From an uncultured bacterium (GTDB lineage Bacteria; Hydrothermota; UBA3073; NMUJ01), in NCBI GenBank assembly GCA_965612795.1, contig CBFDTI010000018.1, positions 1 through 20,687 on the forward strand: DNA of 20,687 nt, written 5' to 3'. Positions within the stretch are counted from its first letter, which is position 1. Each line of letters starts with the position of its first letter. This document shows positions 16,057-20,687 of the stretch, in pieces. Under the pieces are notes generated by a model. It did not search any database, was not told the origin of the DNA, and saw nothing but the letters and a program-made list of their open reading frames with translations. The translations under genes were made by a program, and so were the position numbers.

Positions 16057-16083
16057 AAAATATTGACAACCCATGCATGGCAA
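16057..16083 (-). promoter_or_regulatory. Putative leaderless folP promoter, TTGCCA-N15-TATTTT-N6-ATG
   Basis: Minus strand reads TTGCCA tgcatgggttgtcaa TATTTT aaactt ATG, with no SD and the same geometry as rpsO. Confidence 0.6.
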
Positions 16084-16091
16084 GGGATAAG

Positions 16092-16119
16092 TTGATGAAC
16101 CCATAATCTCGATTAATTT
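16092..16119 (+). promoter_or_regulatory. Weak candidate promoter for the C25 peptidase operon, TTGATG-N16-TAATTT
   Basis: Lies upstream of SD GAGGT (16132-16136) and ATG 16140. It is a poorer match than the other six elements. Confidence 0.3.
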
Positions 16120-16139
16120 TTAACACTAAGCGAGGTATT

Positions 16140-19100
16140 ATGTACCTGCTATTGTGTATGGTGTTGGAAGTGACCATCTCGTATAGAGGGGGTATATCGA
16201 AAAATAATATAACATTCTATCATACCAAAGGCTATGTGATACCGAGGTTAGCAGATGCGGTTTACGATAATCCCACAGGTTATCCCACCCTACCGAGTAT
16301 ACCGATGTTCTTCTACGTACCAGAGGGTGCAAAGGTTACCAACTGTGAATTTAAAGTAATACATCGCGAGATAATACCTTTGGATGCACCAATTTATCCG
16401 ACACAACCACCAGTTATTAAACCCATACCTGGGAAGGAGATACCTGTACCGGAATTTGTCCACCTCAAAGAAGAAGTTAAATCACTCGCTGTATATCCAG
16501 AAACCTACACCAAACTTGGGTATATCGGTAACCTCAGCGGCTATCACGTACAGGAGTTGATAACCTACCCCATACGTTATTTGCCAAGCAAAAATGCGCT
16601 CGAACTTGTAACCGAGTTTGAACTACAGCTCACGTATGAGGGTGGTAAGCATTCCAGGGGTTCAATACTGGGGTATGAACTTGCCAGGTGTATTGTTGCA
16701 AATCCCAACGATTTACCTGTACCTAAATCCAGCTCACCTGCATATCTGGTGATCACCTCGTCATCGATGATGGACGAGTTTGCACCACTTATCGAGTGGA
16801 AGCGCCAGAAGGGGCTACACGTTATCACTCAGAACATACAGTGGATATACAGCAACTACGGAGGTTTAGACTGTGCAGCTAAAATTCGTAACTATATTCG
16901 TGATATGTACGAGGATTCAAATGTCGTGTTTGTACTGTTGGGTGGTGATACCAACATCATACCCAAACGTATAGCGTTCGCCATGTGTTGTGAAGCCGGT
17001 TTCGAGCCTAACGAAGATAGTATCTGTGCAGACCTATACTACTCAGATCTCGATGGTACATGGGATGCAGATGGTGATGCTGTTTACGGTGAAGTAACCG
17101 ACAATGTTGACCTATATCCCGACGTGATAGTAGGTAGAGCTTCAGTGAATGATGGCGATGAAGCCGCTATATGGGTGGATAAGCTCTTAACTTATGAACG
17201 TAATCCACCTCAGGATTACGAGAATCGTGCACTGTTTTTGGGTGAGATATTGTGGTGGGATCCTTACACGGATGCCGGTATAGGTAAAGATATGATCGAA
17301 GAAGCAGCATTCCCACCCGCTGGATGGGAGATAACCAAGCTTTACCAATCACTCGGTAACGAAACCCCTGCTGCTGTTATAGAAGAAGTTAATGCCGGTA
17401 AGAATCTAATCAACCACGACGGTCACGCGTGGTGGTATGTGATGGGTGTAGGTACTGGATATATCTCTAACTACGAGATGGACAACCTCATCAATGCACC
17501 TCGTTATGGTATATGGTATTCTATAGGGTGTTGGCCGGCAGCTTTCGATTACGACTGTATTGCGGAACACTTCATACATAGTCCACAGGGTGGTGGTGTC
17601 GCTTTCATAGGTAACAACCGCTACGGGTGGGGTTCACCAGGTAACCCCGGCTATGGGTACTCTGATATATACGATCGTGAATTCTTTGTAGTATTGTTTA
17701 AAGAAGGTGGTTACAAGCATCTTGGGTTGGCGTTGGCTAAAGCCAAGATACACTTCATACCATACGCACGTGATGCAAACGTATGGCGATGGCACCAGTA
17801 CCAGGTCAACCTGTTAGGTGATCCCGAGATGCCGGTGTGGTTAGGTATACCTGACGATATGGAGGTGAGCTTGCCACATCAAATACCTACAGGTGACGTT
17901 ATGTTGCGGGTGATGGTATCAGCTGATGGTTATCCACTCGATAGCGTTAGGGTGGCGGTGGCTAAGCCCGATGAATCACTGTACGAACATATCTATACGG
18001 ATGTCAATGGTACAGCGATACTCAATCTACATGTAGAAACTGGAGGTAACCTCATCGTTACGGTGACCAAGCCTAACTACATGCCGGTTATTGATACCAT
18101 CCAAGTAGGTGATGGTTATATACCGCCACAGTTTTATGGTTACACCATCATCGATACATTAGGTAACAACGATGGTGAGCCCAATCCTGGCGATACTATC
18201 GTGTTGGTTACCAAACTTACGTGCGTAGAAGGCCCATACTCAGGTGTGTTATCAACTAACGATATATATATCACCATCATTGACAGTATCGACGAACGTG
18301 ACTCTTGTATACAGGATACTGCGGTGTTGAGGTTCACCTTGTACATTGACGACGAAAGTCCACCACATAGCGCAGGTTTGGGGTTGCGATTCACTTTCGA
18401 CGATTGTGTTTGTAACTATAACATGGGGTTGGAGATAAAATTGGCACAACCCAAGCTGATAGATTATGTGGTTCAGGATACTCCAATACAATCCACAGAT
18501 ACCGTACACGTGGGGTTTGCTATCACCAACGCCGGAAACGGATTGCTGAGCTCACCACGATGTTGGCTATCATCCACCGTACCCTACATTGATATACCTG
18601 CAGAGACATTGCAATTGATGTCGATACCGCCGGGTGATACAATATGGACCGACTTCTTCACCGTCTATGTGGTGGATGCACCTGAAATCTGTTTCCCTGA
18701 TGTGATAGCCAATCTACGCGATATCTATGGATACGGGTTCGCTGATACGTTACAGCTCGTAGTGGGTAGGCCTGGCTTCTTCGATGATGTCGAATCAGAA
18801 GTTGATTGGATGCATGGTGGTACAAACGATAATTGGCATCGATCCACAATACGTGCACATTCAGGTGATCACTCATGGTATATGGGGGTGGAAGATTCCG
18901 CCAGTTATTTAAATAATACCTGCGCGTGGTTGTTGAGCCCCACCATTGTGTTGCCACCAGATGCAGAGTTACATTTCTGGTATTGGATGGATATCACCAC
19001 ATATGGAAGTGATGGCCTATACGTGACCGTGGGGTATGACGGTGATTGGGATACACTCGATTATATTGGTAGTGGTGGGGCGCTCGATTCAATGCTAAAT

Positions 19101-19841
19101 TTTGGCGTGGATTGGGTACCTGCACATTACAATTTAAATATGTACGAAGCTGGTGATACACTACAGGTTAAGTTCATATTTGTGAGCGACGAAACAGATG
19201 TTGCCGAAGGTGTTTATCTCGACGATATATACGTAGGTAGATCGGTACCACAACCGTTTGTGAGGTTACTAAGTGCGTATCCAGTTACAGGAGTGACAGG
19301 TGAAATAGTCATCTCGCTTATAAATGATGGCAATACAGCCATCGACAGCGTCTACGCAAAGCTATCCACAGTTGATACGATGGTACAAATCCTTACTGAT
19401 AGCATGTTTTATGGTAGGTTACTCCCTATGGAATCCAAATCCCAAGTATATACGATATCGCTGAACGAAAATACACCCCCTGACCACATTATACCGTTTG
19501 AGCTTACCATATATGGTAGCGGTGGATACTCACAGCGTAATAGCTTTAAAATGGAAGCAGGTACACTCGTACCCGTGGAACCAACCACCCATCCCATACG
19601 CTATGAATTTGTCCCGGTAGCGCTCGGTAATAAGCTTATCATCCACTATACGGCACCAGAGATAGGTACTTTAAGGATTAAGGTTTACGATGTAGCAGGT
19701 AGGCTTGTCGATACTTGGTACTTCAACATAGAGCATACCCATGCACGTATAGAGTTAACACATACACTCAAATCCGGTATATACTTTATTGAAGCTAAAC
19801 TCAACAATATGCGGGTTATTAAAAAGCTGACAATATTCTGA
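16140..19841 (+). CDS. Gingipain-like C25 cysteine peptidase with propeptide, Ig-like/beta-sandwich domains and T9SS-like C-terminal domain
   Basis: Propeptide (GYPTLP...YPIRY), then YLVIT...LIEWKRQKG, IRNYI, FVLLGGD, DLYYSDLDG, PDVIVGR, NHDGH (His ~17424), SIGC (Cys ~17529) and NLLGDPEM. The tail reads IKVYDVAGRLV...LKSGIYFI...KKLTIF. Confidence 0.93.
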   Translation: MYLLLCMVLEVTISYRGGISKNNITFYHTKGYVIPRLADAVYDNPTGYPTLPSIPMFFYVPEGAKVTNCEFKVIHREIIPLDAPIYPTQPPVIKPIPGKEIPVPEFVHLKEEVKSLAVYPETYTKLGYIGNLSGYHVQELITYPIRYLPSKNALELVTEFELQLTYEGGKHSRGSILGYELARCIVANPNDLPVPKSSSPAYLVITSSSMMDEFAPLIEWKRQKGLHVITQNIQWIYSNYGGLDCAAKIRNYIRDMYEDSNVVFVLLGGDTNIIPKRIAFAMCCEAGFEPNEDSICADLYYSDLDGTWDADGDAVYGEVTDNVDLYPDVIVGRASVNDGDEAAIWVDKLLTYERNPPQDYENRALFLGEILWWDPYTDAGIGKDMIEEAAFPPAGWEITKLYQSLGNETPAAVIEEVNAGKNLINHDGHAWWYVMGVGTGYISNYEMDNLINAPRYGIWYSIGCWPAAFDYDCIAEHFIHSPQGGGVAFIGNNRYGWGSPGNPGYGYSDIYDREFFVVLFKEGGYKHLGLALAKAKIHFIPYARDANVWRWHQYQVNLLGDPEMPVWLGIPDDMEVSLPHQIPTGDVMLRVMVSADGYPLDSVRVAVAKPDESLYEHIYTDVNGTAILNLHVETGGNLIVTVTKPNYMPVIDTIQVGDGYIPPQFYGYTIIDTLGNNDGEPNPGDTIVLVTKLTCVEGPYSGVLSTNDIYITIIDSIDERDSCIQDTAVLRFTLYIDDESPPHSAGLGLRFTFDDCVCNYNMGLEIKLAQPKLIDYVVQDTPIQSTDTVHVGFAITNAGNGLLSSPRCWLSSTVPYIDIPAETLQLMSIPPGDTIWTDFFTVYVVDAPEICFPDVIANLRDIYGYGFADTLQLVVGRPGFFDDVESEVDWMHGGTNDNWHRSTIRAHSGDHSWYMGVEDSASYLNNTCAWLLSPTIVLPPDAELHFWYWMDITTYGSDGLYVTVGYDGDWDTLDYIGSGGALDSMLNFGVDWVPAHYNLNMYEAGDTLQVKFIFVSDETDVAEGVYLDDIYVGRSVPQPFVRLLSAYPVTGVTGEIVISLINDGNTAIDSVYAKLSTVDTMVQILTDSMFYGRLLPMESKSQVYTISLNENTPPDHIIPFELTIYGSGGYSQRNSFKMEAGTLVPVEPTTHPIRYEFVPVALGNKLIIHYTAPEIGTLRIKVYDVAGRLVDTWYFNIEHTHARIELTHTLKSGIYFIEAKLNNMRVIKKLTIF

Positions 19842-20687
19842 TGCTTTTGTATATCTTAATATTGGCCTTTATCTCACCGGATGAAGTGCATCCAGGTGAT
19901 AGGGGCTATGGTATAACTGCATTCCGTTACAACCGTATCGATACGTTTCAGGTGGAGATTATCGATGTCATCCCACGTGCATTCCCTAGTGATAAACATA
20001 TAGTGTTGGCACGCATATGGGGTAGGCGGGTTGATACCACCGGTGTAGCAGCTGGTATGAGTGGTAGCCCAATCTTTATCAATGGCAAGTTGTTAGGTGC
20101 GCTCGCGTACGCATGGGAGTTCGCTAAAGAAGCAATTTGTGGTATCACACCTATTACAGAAAGTATGGAAAGTGTCGGCCTACAGCAAGGTGCTGATCTC
20201 AAAAGCATGGGGTTATCACCATATAATTTACCATTAGTGGCTGCAGGGTTGGTGCCTGAGGTTATCGATAGCTTGGCAAACGTGTTTGTTTACCCCATTG
20301 TTACAGATGTTACAGGTAAAGTGGAGGGTGACTCTATCTTCACCGGTAGCCCTATCGGCATATTACTGGTGGATGGTGATGCGCGGTTAGGTGCAGTTGG
20401 TACCTGCACGTACTATAAAGATGGAAAATTATGGGCGTTTGGGCATCCGTTTCTTGGTGCAGGTGATGTACGGTTACCGATAACTACTGCACGTATACAT
20501 TATGTTTTACCATCGCTTTCGGTGTCACGTAAGATAGCGTCACTTGGCAATGTGGTAGGGGTTACACATTGGGATGGTATAATGGGCATCTACGGTGTGT
20601 TGGGTGAACTTCCGGATTGGCTCATCATGGATGTAACCATCGGTGATGATACGTTTCACTATAAAATTGTGCAATGGAGGCCCATCA
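19841..20687 (+). CDS. SpoIVB/peptidase S55-domain protein, 3'-truncated (absent from the ORF track)
   Basis: My translation from ATG 19841 (TGATG overlap with the C25 stop) is open to the window end: MLLYILILAFISPDEVHPGDRGYGITAF...FQVEIIDV...GVAAGMSGSPIFINGKLLGALAYAW...GITPI...GAVGTCTYYKDGKLWAFGHPFLGAG...GIYGVLG. Confidence 0.88.
   Translation, partial: MLLYILILAFISPDEVHPGDRGYGITAFRYNRIDTFQVEIIDVIPRAFPSDKHIVLARIWGRRVDTTGVAAGMSGSPIFINGKLLGALAYAWEFAKEAICGITPITESMESVGLQQGADLKSMGLSPYNLPLVAAGLVPEVIDSLANVFVYPIVTDVTGKVEGDSIFTGSPIGILLVDGDARLGAVGTCTYYKDGKLWAFGHPFLGAGDVRLPITTARIHYVLPSLSVSRKIASLGNVVGVTHWDGIMGIYGVLGELPDWLIMDVTIGDDTFHYKIVQWRPI

Noticed and set aside
16063..16068. Perfect TTGACA on the + strand upstream of the C25 gene
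   Set aside because: No TAnnnT follows at 15-18 nt (the nearest is at 19), and it lies inside the spacer of the folP promoter on the other strand.
8974..16104. Longer ORF-track starts at 9033 (C11), 14158 (rpsO) and 16104 (folP)
   Set aside because: The extensions run through AT-rich promoter-like DNA and add non-homologous residues. The internal ATGs give a proper SD/lipoprotein signal or the family-typical N-terminus.
1..20687. Frequent ACGT/GTAC/TACG words as a possible uptake or repeat signal
   Set aside because: Plausibly explained by codon preference (CGT, GTA, TAC, ACG). No longer conserved word was seen and I cannot compute the expected frequency.
1..20687. CRISPR array, tRNA/rRNA, IS element, prophage or alternative genetic code
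   Set aside because: Intergenic gaps are all under ~125 bp, with no spaced repeats, cloverleaf or transposase/integrase motifs. TAA, TAG and TGA all end conserved genes at the expected positions.

Overview
A gene-dense, moderate-GC bacterial window with no rRNA, tRNA, CRISPR array or mobile element that I can see. It mixes housekeeping genes (rplL, rpoB, rpsO, pnp, folP, a TsaC/Sua5-LMW phosphatase fusion, a DUF362 Fe-S protein) with envelope and secreted proteins. The latter are two proteins with type IX secretion (T9SS)-like C-terminal tails (one a gingipain-like C25 peptidase), a clostripain C11 lipoprotein, a SpoIVB/S55-type peptidase missed by the ORF track (19841 to the window end), two tandem coiled-coil LysM proteins, a helix-hairpin-helix beta-barrel protein and a small probable beta-barrel. 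The content suggests a proteolytic diderm related to the FCB group (WOR-3-like is my guess, not demonstrated). Main signals: (1) six promoter-like elements share TTG(A/C)CN-N15-TAnnn(T), a 15-bp spacer rather than the usual 17 bp, and in two of them (rpsO, folP) the ATG lies 6 nt after the -10, implying leaderless mRNAs; (2) rplL-rpoB stands alone without rplJ or rpoC, and RpoB deviates in normally near-invariant motifs; (3) four exported proteins have ultra-short (~10 aa) N-terminal leaders lacking a basic n-region; (4) the Bacteroidota O-glycosylation sequon D-[ST]-[AILVMT] is strongly enriched in the T9SS cargo proteins; (5) the C11 protease and the phosphatase have remodelled active sites, and the S55 peptidase looks circularly permuted.
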